From Octopus sinensis (taxonomy: Eukaryota), in NCBI RefSeq assembly GCF_006345805.1, contig NC_043007.1, positions 558,001 through 622,000 on the forward strand: a stretch of DNA of 64,000 bases, read 5' to 3'. The first letter of the stretch is position 1; every line of letters begins with the position of its first letter. The notes below the pieces were generated by a model. It saw only the letters and a program-made list of their open reading frames with translations. It ran no database searches and was not told where the DNA came from. Positions 13,100 to 26,008 of the stretch are shown one piece after another. Position numbers and translations under genes: made by a program.

Positions 13100-13290
13100 G
13101 TATCGTTGACGATTTTCTTTTTCCGTCTTCCCTTCCTTAGACCTTTCCTTTTCCTGTGTTTCTGACGAAGAGCTCCGCTCGAAATGTTAAATCATCCTTC
13201 TTTCTTTCCTTTCCTGAGCGTCCAATAACACTATACTTGTTCCAGGTCCTCGCGTTGTTGTGTTTTCTCTTTGTTCATGTTTGGATTAAC
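13100..13290 (+). mobile_element. P2 repeat with canonical CUGANGA hammerhead-like core (13162-13188)
   Basis: gttt-ctgacga-a-gagc-tcc-gctc-gaa-atgt-t-aaat. Confidence 0.75.
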
Positions 13291-13309
13291 TATATACATA
13301 TATACATAT

Positions 13310-13522
13310 ATCACCGTGATCACCGTGACCGACCAGGCTATCAGATGTTGTTACACATCGCTGGTCACAATGCGCTTCGCATTGTTATAGCCTTGAAAAA
13401 GCCACCCCGCTGGCTAAGCGAGCAGGCCAACAGAAGAAAGATTGAGAGAAAGTTGTGGCGAAAGAGTACAGCAGGGATCGCCACCACCCCCTGCCGGAGC
13501 CTCGTGGAGGTTTAGGTGTTTT
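13310..13522 (-). mobile_element. SINE with D-type body and different tail Z ending (cacggtgat)2
   Basis: The body aaagagtacagcagggatcgccacc...ccggagcctcgtggag is shared with the 27137 and 57454 copies; the sequence 3' of it differs. Confidence 0.7.
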
Positions 13523-13523
13523 C

Positions 13524-13559
<36 letters not shown>

Positions 13560-13930
13560 CACCGATAAATAAATAAAACGGGACATTATGTATGCGCAAG
13601 TGTAAGAGAGAGTATTCGTGTATAAGAGGTGCGTTTGTCGTTCTTCGTGTGAGTTAACAAGATTTGAAACTGCACTTGTATAGAAACAAAAATAAAGCAA
13701 AACAAAACAAGGAAAACATCATGGTATTTACATGAACTCAATCGCTCATCCTTTCGTACATTTCAGCAGTAATACAATTAAACAACTTCACTACAAAATG
13801 TGAATAATTGCACCATTTCGTCTGAAGAATTTAAGAGGAGCAATGAAAAAGGAAATTTACTCATCAAATTCGTATAAAGAGAAGGGGACTGTTTTAGTGT
13901 ATACACACACACACCACACACACATATACA

Positions 13931-13974
<44 letters not shown>

Positions 13975-15147
13975 ATATATATATGCATATAAATATATAT
14001 ATATATATGGTGTGTGGTGTATGTTATATATATATATATGAAGGAAGCAGCAGTGAAAAGAATTTTCATTTGTAATTGAAAGGTATGAAGTTTCATAGAT
14101 TTTTAGATTCCGTTTCAGTAATTTCGAAGAAGAAGTATATATGTGTGAGATCAAAGAATAATCGCTTGCCTCATAAACGTTTGGGATCATAAATACACTG
14201 AATAGATGAGGCCATTCAGTGATAATCAGTATAAAGCAACATTTAAAAAGATAAAATATAAAATTTAAAAGTATATTATTTGATTCCACACACGAGTCCA
14301 CATCAAGTGTCTTGCAAAGCAAATACAGAAAGGATGTAAAATTGTATCGGTAAATGAAGAAATGAAGACGATCCGATGAAGTAAAAAGAAAAAAAATGTC
14401 ACGTACTTCAAACTACAGAAAACATAAGCACTGATTGCACTAGGAAAATTATTCCTGATAAAAATAATAGAATTCAAGACTTCGTAACAAATTTTTCTCA
14501 CCAAAGCTTGAAGCATATATCAAGGGTAAAGACAAACGTATACAAGTATTGACCGCAGTTTCGTACAGAAAGGCAAACATCTGCAACTGTAGGGAAGTTG
14601 GCAATTGCTATATACAAATATATAAACATATATATATATATGAGTAGAATAAGGATCCATAATAGATGCTATTGCATAAGTTCTACTGTAAATGTTGGAA
14701 AAAGGATTTTATATACACAAACATTCTTTTATTAACCCAGAATCTTTAACTTTACTTCTTTATAAATTTAACCTTTAAAAGTATTTTTTAACATGCTGGC
14801 CATTGATAGAATTTTATCCTATATTAGATGTAAAATTAATAGTGTTCACTTCCGGACTCTCTCACTCTATGAGAGTTTTCAGGCCGTCGTTCGCACGTGT
14901 CTCGAGGTGCGCTGGAGAATTTCTATTTTGGATATATTTGGGGTACTTAGTGTTTGCTTCTTCCATGGGTATAAGTCAGTATTTCATTTATTTCCTACCG
15001 TATTTATCGCTGACGAGGAGAAAATTCTTATGAATTAACTCTTAAATTGGGACCAATACGATGATAACGGAATTTTTGAAATTTCTGTCGGCTTACTTCG
15101 ATACGCGTACTTTATAGTGATAAATTATATGGTTATTGACGATAAAT

Positions 15148-15192
<45 letters not shown>

Positions 15193-15845
15193 CGTTGTTA
15201 TTATGCAAAAGTGTTGTACGTCCAAAACATTGGTTTTTCAGAAAACGAAAGTAGTTTCACAATTCCATTTCTTTTTACATTAACAACAGTTTCAGCTTAA
15301 CTTTGTTGGGGGCATAAAATCTTAAATCCATGCGTGTATGATATTTTCAGTTAGAAATATTGTTGCAAAGCTGCCGTATTTGGGACTTACTACACTTTTG
15401 AAAAATGGTTCACCGTTGTACTACATTTTGACAATTTTCATATCTTGGCATCAGAAGCAACTGGAGATATGATTGTTTGACGAAAAGAACCGGCTATTGC
15501 AAGCATAATTAAATATTAAAAAGAAACACATTCGGCAAAATTTGGGCAGACGACCGTTTAACATAATAACAATGATATGTATGCAAGTACGTATGTTTGA
15601 ATGTGTAAGCGTATGTGTGCGCATACATTTATTACCAACATATTCAAAGGGAATTATACATCTACGCATATTTGTTTTTGCCAGTATTTGGAGATGTGTA
15701 TCCATTATACATATCTGGCTTAATGTTCAATCTTGTAAGCACATCAACTTTAAATATAAACACTGGCGTCCGTCCACATAATATAGATTTGCAGAAAACA
15801 CACACACACACATATACTGAATGAAAGATTGTGTGTGTGTGTGTG

Positions 15846-15892
<47 letters not shown>

Positions 15893-16560
15893 GTGGAAAA
15901 GAATTTCGTTGAAGAGGTTTTCCTCAGTTGGTGAGTTGTAGTGAAGAAATATATAATGAAAGAAGGGAAATTTATGTTTTAAGTATATTTTAAAGGACAG
16001 AATATTACCGGTTTCGCATTTCGTTAATCATGACAATGATATCAGAGAAAATATTTCAGTTTCTTATTTTCTAAATTTTACTCACTGTCGTTCTCTTTTG
16101 AATGCCGTAGGGGGCATTCAAACGAACAGATGCGCACGGTATAGTGGATATACTCTGAAAAAAAAACAAAACAAACAAACAAACTCTTATATGCACTAAG
16201 CTCAGCTGCTGATCCTGAGCGTTTGGCACTAAAAGTGAAATTAAATGATACTACGATGACTGTACGTTTGTATGTGTTTTTGCAAAGGTGAGGGCTTTTT
16301 TTCCTTACATTTGCTACATTAAGCGTACGCATTTTGCTTATAGTGAGAAATACGTGGCTTGCTTTGGAGTGTCGAGTCATCTTTGTAGCATAGCTGGTAT
16401 ATATTTTTATACACTAAATTTTCCTGTATATTTACCTATATTGGTTAATCTTGCTGGCCTCTTTATTATTATTATTATTTTTAATAATATCTCATGTTCT
16501 ATATACATAATATAATATAATATAATATAATATATATAGATACACACGCACACACATATA

Positions 16561-16812
16561 TATTTCTTTACTACCCACAAGGGGCTAAACACAGAGGGGA
16601 CAAACAAGGACAAACGGATTAAGCCGATTACATCGACCTCAGTGCATAATTGGTACTTAATTTATCGACCCCGAAAGGATGAACGGCAAAGTGAACCTCG
16701 GTGGAATTTGAACTCAGAACGTAACGGCAGACGAAATACGGCTACGCATTTCGCCCGGCGTGCTAACGTTTCTGCCATATATATATGTACACACACACAC
16801 ATACGCACGCAC

Positions 16813-16859
<47 letters not shown>

Positions 16860-17370
16860 TTCATTACTACTCACAAGGGGATAAACACAGAGGGGACAAA
16901 CAAGGACAAACGGATTAAGCCGATTACATCGACCTCAGTGCATAACTGGTACTTAATTTATCGACCCCGAAAGGATGACGGCAAAGTGAACCTCGGTGGA
17001 ATTTGAACTCAGAACGTAACGGCAGACAAATACGGCTACGCATTTCGCCCGGCGTGCTAACGTTTCTGCCATATATTATGTACACACACACACACATACG
17101 CACGCACACACACACCCACAACACCACACCACACAACACACTATATATATATATATTTCATTACTACTCACAAGGGGATAAACACAGAGGGGACAACAAG
17201 GACAAACGGATTAAGCCGATTACATCGACCTCAGTGCATAACTGGTACTTAATTTATCGACCCCGAAAGGATGAACGGCAAAGTGGACCTCGGCGGAATT
17301 TGAACTCAGAACGTAACAGCAGACGAAATACGGCTACGCCTGTTTCGCCCGGCGTGCTAACGTTTCTGCC
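16561..17370 (-). mobile_element. three tandem SINE A copies (local triplication, about 295-300 bp period including microsatellite)
   Basis: Copies at 16561-16776, 16857-17070 and 17153-17370 share the same truncation point (gtttctgcc|atat) and private variants (aagccgattac, gacctcagtgcataa). Confidence 0.85.
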
Positions 17371-17404
17371 ATATATATATATATATATATATTTTCTTCT
17401 TTCT

Positions 17405-17570
17405 TTTCTTTTACTTGTTTCAGTCATTTGACTGTGGCCATGCTGGAGCACCGCCTTTAGTCGAGCAAATCGACCCCGGGACTTATTCTTTTGTAAGCCC
17501 AGTACTTATTCTATCGGTCTCTTTTTGCCGAACCGCTAAGTGACGGGGATGTAAACACACCAGCACACAA

Positions 17571-17601
<31 letters not shown>

Positions 17602-17764
17602 CATATATACGACAGGCTTCTTTCAGTTTCCGTCTACCAAATCCACTCACAAGGCATTGGTCGGCCCGGGGCTATAGCGGAAGACATTTGCCCAAGATGC
17701 CACGCAGTGGGACTGAACCCGGAACTATGTGGTTGGTTAGCAAGCTACTTACCACACAGCCACC
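17405..17764 (-). mobile_element. SINE family C
   Basis: High similarity to 11077-11490 and 26009-26397. Confidence 0.85.
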
Positions 17765-18439
17765 ATATCGGTATACATACACGCACGCACGCACGCACGT
17801 ATACATACACACACAAACGCATACACACACAAACGCATACACACACATACACACAGGGATAGAGGGATAGAGTAAGACGTGCGTGTGTGTGTATGTGTGT
17901 GTGTATGCGTTTGTGTGGGTATGTACATGTATGTGAGATGTTAGTTTATATAAATCTCTGTCAATTTATTTATTTGGTTCAGTAATTCAGGTGGGGACAG
18001 CATTACTCCAGGGTTTACAGAAATGAGAAAGAACACATGCAATCATTCAGATACGGACTTCTGAATGATGAGTATCAGTTCCAACGAACAGTTCCACACC
18101 ATGGAATCCGAGCAAGTCAGTTAATAGGAATAAATACAAATCTATGCAAAGTGTGGCGTGCTATCTTCTTCCGTTTCTATAGCAACCCAGTTCTTCATGC
18201 ATGGCTCCATCAATAAATCAAATTCATCCATTAATTCACTCATTCATTTATCCATCCATCCGTCTACTTATCTAGTACTCACTCACTCCTGTACACACGC
18301 ATTCAAAAATACGAGCGCGCATATACACTAAGAGTTTCGCGGATATACGCTAAGAGTTTCGCCAAGAGGTGGTTCTTCAAGTTGGGTTTCGATGAAACTC
18401 TTATGTTACTTTCCGTCTTCAAAAATATTTTACAGTTCT

Positions 18440-18860
18440 TGATGTATCCAAGACTTGGACCACGGGCTATACGTCCCCTGCCAAATTCAAGATCACAACA
18501 TACACGTACACTGCAACATAATTTCTTTTCCTCAACAGGCCCTGCCCTATTTAACATTGTCCAGAGGGAGATCAAAGAGGAAAAGGATCCCATCAACTTC
18601 AAACAGAGTCTGGATATATTCCTTCAAAGAATACCAGATAAGCCACCCATAATTGGATACAACTCACCCAACAAGAACTCACTACTTGAACAAAACTGGA
18701 TACATCTCACCCAACAAGAACTCACTACTTGAACAAAACTTGACTTAAACAGGATTCGAATAATCCTATCAGGTGGTGCTATTAAGTTAGACATGGCCTG
18801 GACCAATCTCTGGTCGAAACATATCTAAGTTTATCTAAGTTTATCCAGTAATTTATCCAG
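18440..18860 (+). mobile_element. 3' fragment of a second CR1-clade LINE (ORF2 C-terminus + 3' UTR)
   Basis: The translation ...HNFFSSTGPALFNIV..IKEEKDPINFKQSLDIFLQRIPDKP...NSLL parallels the C-terminus of the large LINE (SLGFRGPQLFNIL...KLDL.L..VPDEP...SNSL). It has a 43-bp tandem duplication (18654-18739) and an (atctaagttt)-type tail. Confidence 0.75.
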
Positions 18861-18904
18861 TTACGTCCCTTTACTTCCATGCATATGCACATGCATATTC
18901 ATAC

Positions 18905-19227
<323 letters not shown>

Positions 19228-19229
<2 letters not shown>

Positions 19230-19425
19230 AGAGTTTACGAAAAAACAAAAGACGAAGACAAGTGGTGTACAAAACAAACAGATGTATTAGTATAACGCTC
19301 AGGAATAGAAAAGTCTTTTACGTTTCGAGCCTGCGCTCTTCTACAGAAAGGGACAAAGAAAAAAACAAGGAGAGAAAAAATGTGTGTAGTGCCTAACTAT
19401 CTATCATGGCGACTGACTGCCGGAT
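19228..19425 (-). mobile_element. P1 repeat with hammerhead-like motif (19315-19350)
   Basis: The reverse strand reads cttt-ctgtaga-a-gagc-gcag-gctc-gaa-acgt-a-aaag. Confidence 0.75.
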
Positions 19426-19449
19426 ATATATATATATATATATATATAA

Positions 19450-19600
19450 AGTTAATCCAAACAAGAAAACACAAAAAAACACAACAGCGCGAGGACGTGG
19501 AACAAATATAGTATTATTGGACGCTCAGGATAGAAAGGAAGAAGGAGGGTTTAACGTTTCGAGCGGAGCTCTTCGTCGGAAACATAGGAGAAGGGAAGAC
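19450..19600 (-). mobile_element. P2 repeat with hammerhead-like motif (19549-19583)
   Basis: The reverse strand reads gttt-ccgacga-a-gagc-tcc-gctc-gaa-acgt-t-aaac. Confidence 0.75.
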
Positions 19601-19689
19601 ATACACACATACATATAAAATGATTCAGAATCAAGATGCAGAAATGACGTAGTCCGGATGAATAAGGATTCTTAGCGATTTTTTCCTGC

Positions 19690-19825
19690 TGCTTCCTTTT
19701 CTTTTGGACTTTCGTGTGACTTATGATTCCGAAGAAGAGCTTTTCTCGAAACGTAAAGCAACTACTTTAAGTGTCTTATTAATACTTTGCATGTACCACG
19801 TCTTTTCTCCGTTCTGTTGTTTTTC
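19690..19825 (+). mobile_element. P-like repeat, third variant (core 19729-19755)
   Basis: ccgaaga-a-gag-ctttt-ctc-gaa-acgt-a-aagc; the flanks only loosely resemble P1/P2. Confidence 0.5.
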
Positions 19826-19850
19826 ATTATATGTATATATATATATATAT

Positions 19851-22484
19851 ATCCTTAAATCCTTAAAAATGTTTTAGCCCGAAGGCCGCGGCCATGCTGG
19901 GGCACCACCGCTGAATGAGCTACACTAGTTTGTGAATCCACCTCTGATACGTGGCACTTGATCAACAAGGGAGTTCGATGCTGCTGCCCGCATCCGTGTC
20001 TCCTGTCATGAGGTAGGTTCATCTGGGACTCCCAACAAGAAGAGATCCAGTTTAGTTTCAAAGAAACCCACATCCACACCATGTAAGTCTCTCAGGCATT
20101 TAGGAGGATGTTAAAGAGCTGTGGTCCTCTGAAACCCAAGCTGTTGCAGTATCTGGACCTGTATTTTGATGGTGATGTTGGAATCCTTGGCACCACGCAG
20201 CGGCGCCCCGTTCTGCGGTTGGAGTAACTTTGAATGCCAAAGTTTGGGAACAGACCCTCCAGGATTTTCCAGATGTATATCACTGCATATCTCTCCCGCC
20301 TCCGCTCCAGGGAGAAGAGGTTTAATACCTTCAGTCTTTCCCAGTAGCTGACATTTTGCATTGAGACGATTTTTTCTTGTGTAGCTTCTCTGAGTTGCTT
20401 CGAGTTCTGCTGTTTGTTTTATATTGTGTGGTGACCAAAGTTGGGAGCAGTAGTCCAAGCGGCTGAGGACAAATGTTTTCCATAGGACCATCAGTGTCTC
20501 CTTCTCTCTTGTTCTGAAAGTTCGGAGAATCCATCCAGCTAGCCGTCTGCATTTTATCACCAGATTAGCAATATGCATTTGGAAAGATGCATCATTGCTC
20601 ATGTCAATGCCCAGGTCACGCACTGATTTTGACTCAGGGATTGCAATTCTTCCTGGGTCAGTGTATCCAGTCTTCACGTCATTTACCCTTGTGTGCCAGT
20701 AGCGCAGGGCCTGGAACTTACCTGCATTAAACTGCATGTTGTTGTCCTCAGCCCACCTGTATATTGTGTCCAGCTCATGTTGCAGATGCGCAATATTTTC
20801 AGGGTTTTGTATTGCGTGGGAGACTTTTGTGTCATCTGCATAGCTAGCAAGGGTGGTCATCGTAGCAACTGAAGGCATGTCTGAAAGGGCCACTATGAAC
20901 ATCAGTGGCCCCAAGACAGTGCCCTGTGGGACACCGCTTGTTATTTGCGTTTCCCTGGAGGTGGCTCCATTGCTCACAACTGCCTGTTTTCTGTCTTTTA
21001 GGAAGTTGTGCAGCCACTCTCCAAGTTTCCCGCCTATGCCGAGACCACGCAGTTTGTGACAGATCATACCATGGTCGACTTTATCAAAGGCTTTTGCAAA
21101 GTCAAGATATATTACATCCACATATGAGCCATTTAGTAGCTGTTTCAACACCCAGTCATAGTGTTGCAGGAGCTGTGTTAGGTAGCCTCTACCTGGTCGA
21201 AATCCATGCTGGGTGTCAGACAGTAAGTCATTTTCTTCAAGGAACATGATTAGTTTCTTACGGACTATTCGTTCCATGACTTTGCTGATGTGTGAGGTCA
21301 GAGAGATAGGCCTATAATTTTTAGCATCTGCTCTGCTACCTCCCTTATTGATAGGGCATATTACCCCCTCTTTCAGTTTGACTGGGAGCTTACCACTTGC
21401 AAGAAAGCTCTGAAAAAGAAGCTGTAGCGGTTTTGCAAGGGCTCGTTTGCACGATTTGAGAAGAATCGCTGGGAATCCATCAGGTCCAGCAGCTGAGTTT
21501 GTGTCAATCTCATCAATGGCTAGTGTGATATCATCTTCTTCGATGTTGATGTACTCAATTTTTGTCTCTTTGGCCGCTGGTAAAGTGGCAAAGAATTCTT
21601 CTGGGTTGTTTACTTGCCTGTGTCCTAGAGGTGTAGTGAACACACTTTGGAACTGTTCGTTCAGTATTTCACTTATCCTCGTGGGATTTCCTGTGAGAGA
21701 GCCATCTTTTTGGAAGAGAGGTCCTATTCTCTGGTGCACTGTGGCTGTCTCTTTGGCAAACTTAAAGAAAGCTTTAGGGTTTGATTTTATATTTTCTATT
21801 ACCCAAGCTTCTTTATCTGCTCTCTCCTTTTCATGGGACTGATGTAGACTTTTCTCAGTTTCCATTAGCATTCTTTCGAGCCGAGACTTCTCACCACTTT
21901 TGGTGTGCTTGCTCAGGCGGTTTGCAATCCTTGTCCGTCGTCTCATAAGAATCCTCCTTTCTCTAGGGATCCTGTTTTTGTTCTTGTGTGTGCTGGCCCT
22001 GCACATTGGGACATATTTGTCACATATGGCTTGTATTATGGACATGAAGTGTTTGTGTTTCATGTTTATGTCCGGTGTGGAGAGACATTCAGGCCAATCC
22101 TGTTTGAGGATCTCTTTCTCAATCGACTTCCAGTTGGCTTTATGAAAGTTTAAGTTGGAGAGATGGTAGGTGCTTCGTATAGGCTGTGTGTCTGCGGGGG
22201 CTTTTGTTCCATACATAGACAGCTCTATTATGTTGTGATCCGAGATCATTGTCGGCATCACATTAACATTATGGATAATATCCATATTGTTGTTTGTGAA
22301 GCAGAGATCCAGTATATTATCTGCCCTTGTTGGTTGCAGAACTATTTGCTCCATGAAAGAGGTATTTGTGAGATGGAGCAGGGACTCCACCTGTGCCTGC
22401 TGATGGTGTGTCATCCCTGGGAGCATCTGCCCCCCAGGCCATTCCACATTGGGGAGGTTAAAGTCACCCATGAAGAATACACTG
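19851..22484 (-). mobile_element. 5'-truncated CR1-clade LINE (2.6 kb)
   Basis: It encodes the APE C-terminus (GDFN...PTR..NILDL...SDH) and an RT (NYRPISLTS, QHGFR, YLDFAKAFDKV, GVPQGTVLGP, YADD, RDLGI). It ends in a short 3' UTR and a (TTAAGGAT)2 tail, with (TA)n on both flanks. Confidence 0.93.
20111..22471 (-). pseudogene. LINE ORF2 (partial endonuclease + reverse transcriptase), frameshifted near the C-terminus
   Basis: The ORF track gives 786 aa, with homology open to about 20363. An extra A in an A-run (about 20370) moves the true continuation (MQNVSYWERLKVLNLFSLERRRERY) to the 20092-20361 ORF. Further indels occur near 20095 and 20045. Confidence 0.88.
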
Positions 22485-22609
22485 TATATATATGTATATA
22501 TAAAATAAGGGTGAAAAAATTGGATATTAATTTAATAATAACATCAATTTAACACCAAGTGGTTTAGCGCATAAAAACCAGGGATACAGTAAAAATGAAT
22601 ACACAAATA

Positions 22610-23415
<806 letters not shown>

Positions 23416-23634
23416 GAATTATATTTTAGGTATATTTGGAGATATCTCTAATCTTTCTTGGCCAAAGTAAAGATAGTGCTGCTGCTGCTCCTGCTGCTCC
23501 TGCTGCTGCTGCCATATTCCATGAATAATGTTTGGCTATAAAAGATCTGACAGAGCCGGCCATATATTGACAAGATCTTCTCAGAGTAATCATTGCTTTT
23601 AAAAGAGCTGCAAAGAAGTGATATCTCTGGGACG

Positions 23635-23959
23635 ATGATGATGATGGTGATGATGATGATGATGATGGTGATGCTGACGACAAAGATGAAATGAAGAAGT
23701 GTGGATGTTGATGATAATGATGATGAAGATGATGATGATGATGATGCTGACGACAAAGATGAAATGAAGAAGTGTGGATGTTGATGATGATGATGATGAA
23801 GATGATGATGATGATGATGCTGACGACGACGACGAAGATGAAATGAAGAAGTGTGGATGTTGATGATGATGATGATGAAGATGATGATGATGATGATGCT
23901 GACGACGACGACGAAGATGAAATGAAGAAGTGTGGATGTTGATGATGATGATGATGAAG

Positions 23960-23991
<32 letters not shown>

Positions 23992-24060
23992 GATGCTGAC
24001 GACGACGACGAAGATGAAATGAAGAAGTGTGGATGTTGATGAAGATGACGATAGTGAATG
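23635..24060. repeat. minisatellite derived from (GAT)n, 5 units
   Basis: The anchor aagatgaaatgaagaagtgtggatgtt occurs at 23683, 23756, 23835, 23914 and 24011. Confidence 0.9.
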
Positions 24061-24094
24061 TAATGACGACGACTAGGCCGATGTTGCTGCTGAA

Positions 24095-24127
24095 GTAATA
24101 ACAATAATAATAATAATAATAATAATA

Positions 24128-24194
<67 letters not shown>

Positions 24195-24314
24195 AACAAT
24201 AATAATAATAATAATGATAATAATAATAATAACAACAACAGCAACAACAATAATAGTAATAATAATAATCATTATCATCATCATCATCATTATAATTATT
24301 GTTGTTGTTGTTAC

Positions 24315-24360
<46 letters not shown>

Positions 24361-24517
24361 GTTGTGGTTGTTATTGCTTTTGTTTTTTGTTGTCGTTATC
24401 TATGTTATTGTTATTATTGGTGTTATTCTCCTTTTACATTATTATTATCAGCGGCATTCATCCTCCGCCCCAACCTCTTCTTCTTCCTCCTCCTCTCTAA
24501 TATATTGGTCGTCGTCG

Positions 24518-24552
<35 letters not shown>

Positions 24553-24606
24553 TTCTTCTTCTTCTTCTTCTTCTTCTTCTTCTTCTTCTCATTATTATTA
24601 TTATTT

Positions 24607-24700
<94 letters not shown>

Positions 24701-24850
24701 TATTATTATTATTATTATTATTATCATTATTATTATTATTGTTATTATCAGCATTAATATATCTTGTTGCTGTCGTCAACATATATTTCTTGCCATGCTA
24801 ACTAGTCAGCTTAGAAGGCAAGTCATATTTCATGTATGATTATGTTGTTG

Positions 24851-24924
<74 letters not shown>

Positions 24925-25079
24925 GTTGTTGTTGTTGTTATTTTCATTTCACTATTTATTACAATTTATTCTTGCTTACTTGCTCTTCTTTAAATATACA
25001 TACTTACATATGTATATATATATATATATACACACACACATATATATATATATACATATATATATATACATCTATATAC

Positions 25080-25124
<45 letters not shown>

Positions 25125-25134
25125 TACATATATA

Positions 25135-25194
<60 letters not shown>

Positions 25195-25240
25195 CATATA
25201 TATATTTATATATGTAGATAAATATGTATACGTACATACA
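24095..25240. repeat. (TAA)/(GAT)/(TTA)/(TCA)/(TTC)/(CTA)/(TA) compound microsatellite block
   Basis: Direct reading. Confidence 0.95.
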
Positions 25241-26008
25241 CACATATACAAACATAGAAATTCTGTTCTTTTTTTTTTTCCTACGTAAGCGTGTTACAAA
25301 TATCTCAAACCGAATGAGATCACGTCGACTTCTTAAGACAGTAAATATTGGTAAATGGCCTAAAACTTGAGATTAAGAAGAAATACTGTAGTTGAGAAAT
25401 AAGGTATTTTATGTTTGATCGCTAAAATTTGCATCACTTATAAATAACGTCAAGGCTTATATGTTTATGCAGAATATAGATTCGGAATCAATGTATTTGT
25501 TGAGTTTTGCTTTTGCTATTTTCGTTTCCTTTTTCGTAATGTTTCGTTGGATATTGGCAGATACACAGTGACTATGATAGGAAATAATACTGCTTATCTG
25601 ATATATTATATCAGAATAGTAATTTATTATGATTAATGTATCTCTAAGAGTTTGAGCTTTCGAACAAACAACAGCCGCAAGAAGAATTTGTAAAGTTTAT
25701 TTTTACATATATGTTGTTTGACTTGTACTCTTGCCTAACATGATAATGTGTAAGACTGTATGGAGGGCGACTGTTTGAAATTATTCATTGGACAGAAATA
25801 TACCAGGTGTTAACAGAAGAAATGTCTAGCATTTGCATTAAAATCGCATGTTTCTTCTGTAATTCTAACTTTTGCATTCGTGACTCACAGTCACACCACA
25901 CACTTTGAGTGTTACCCAAATTGACTCTCATAAAACCTAGGTCACCCGGTCTTACCTCGAGTCATTGGGATTTTATTAATAGACCATGACGTATATTTAC
26001 TGTATTTA

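Noticed and set aside
18173-18186. RFX X-box match GTTTCTATAGCAAC
   Set aside because: A rough estimate gives about one chance match per 64 kb on two strands, and there is no promoter context.
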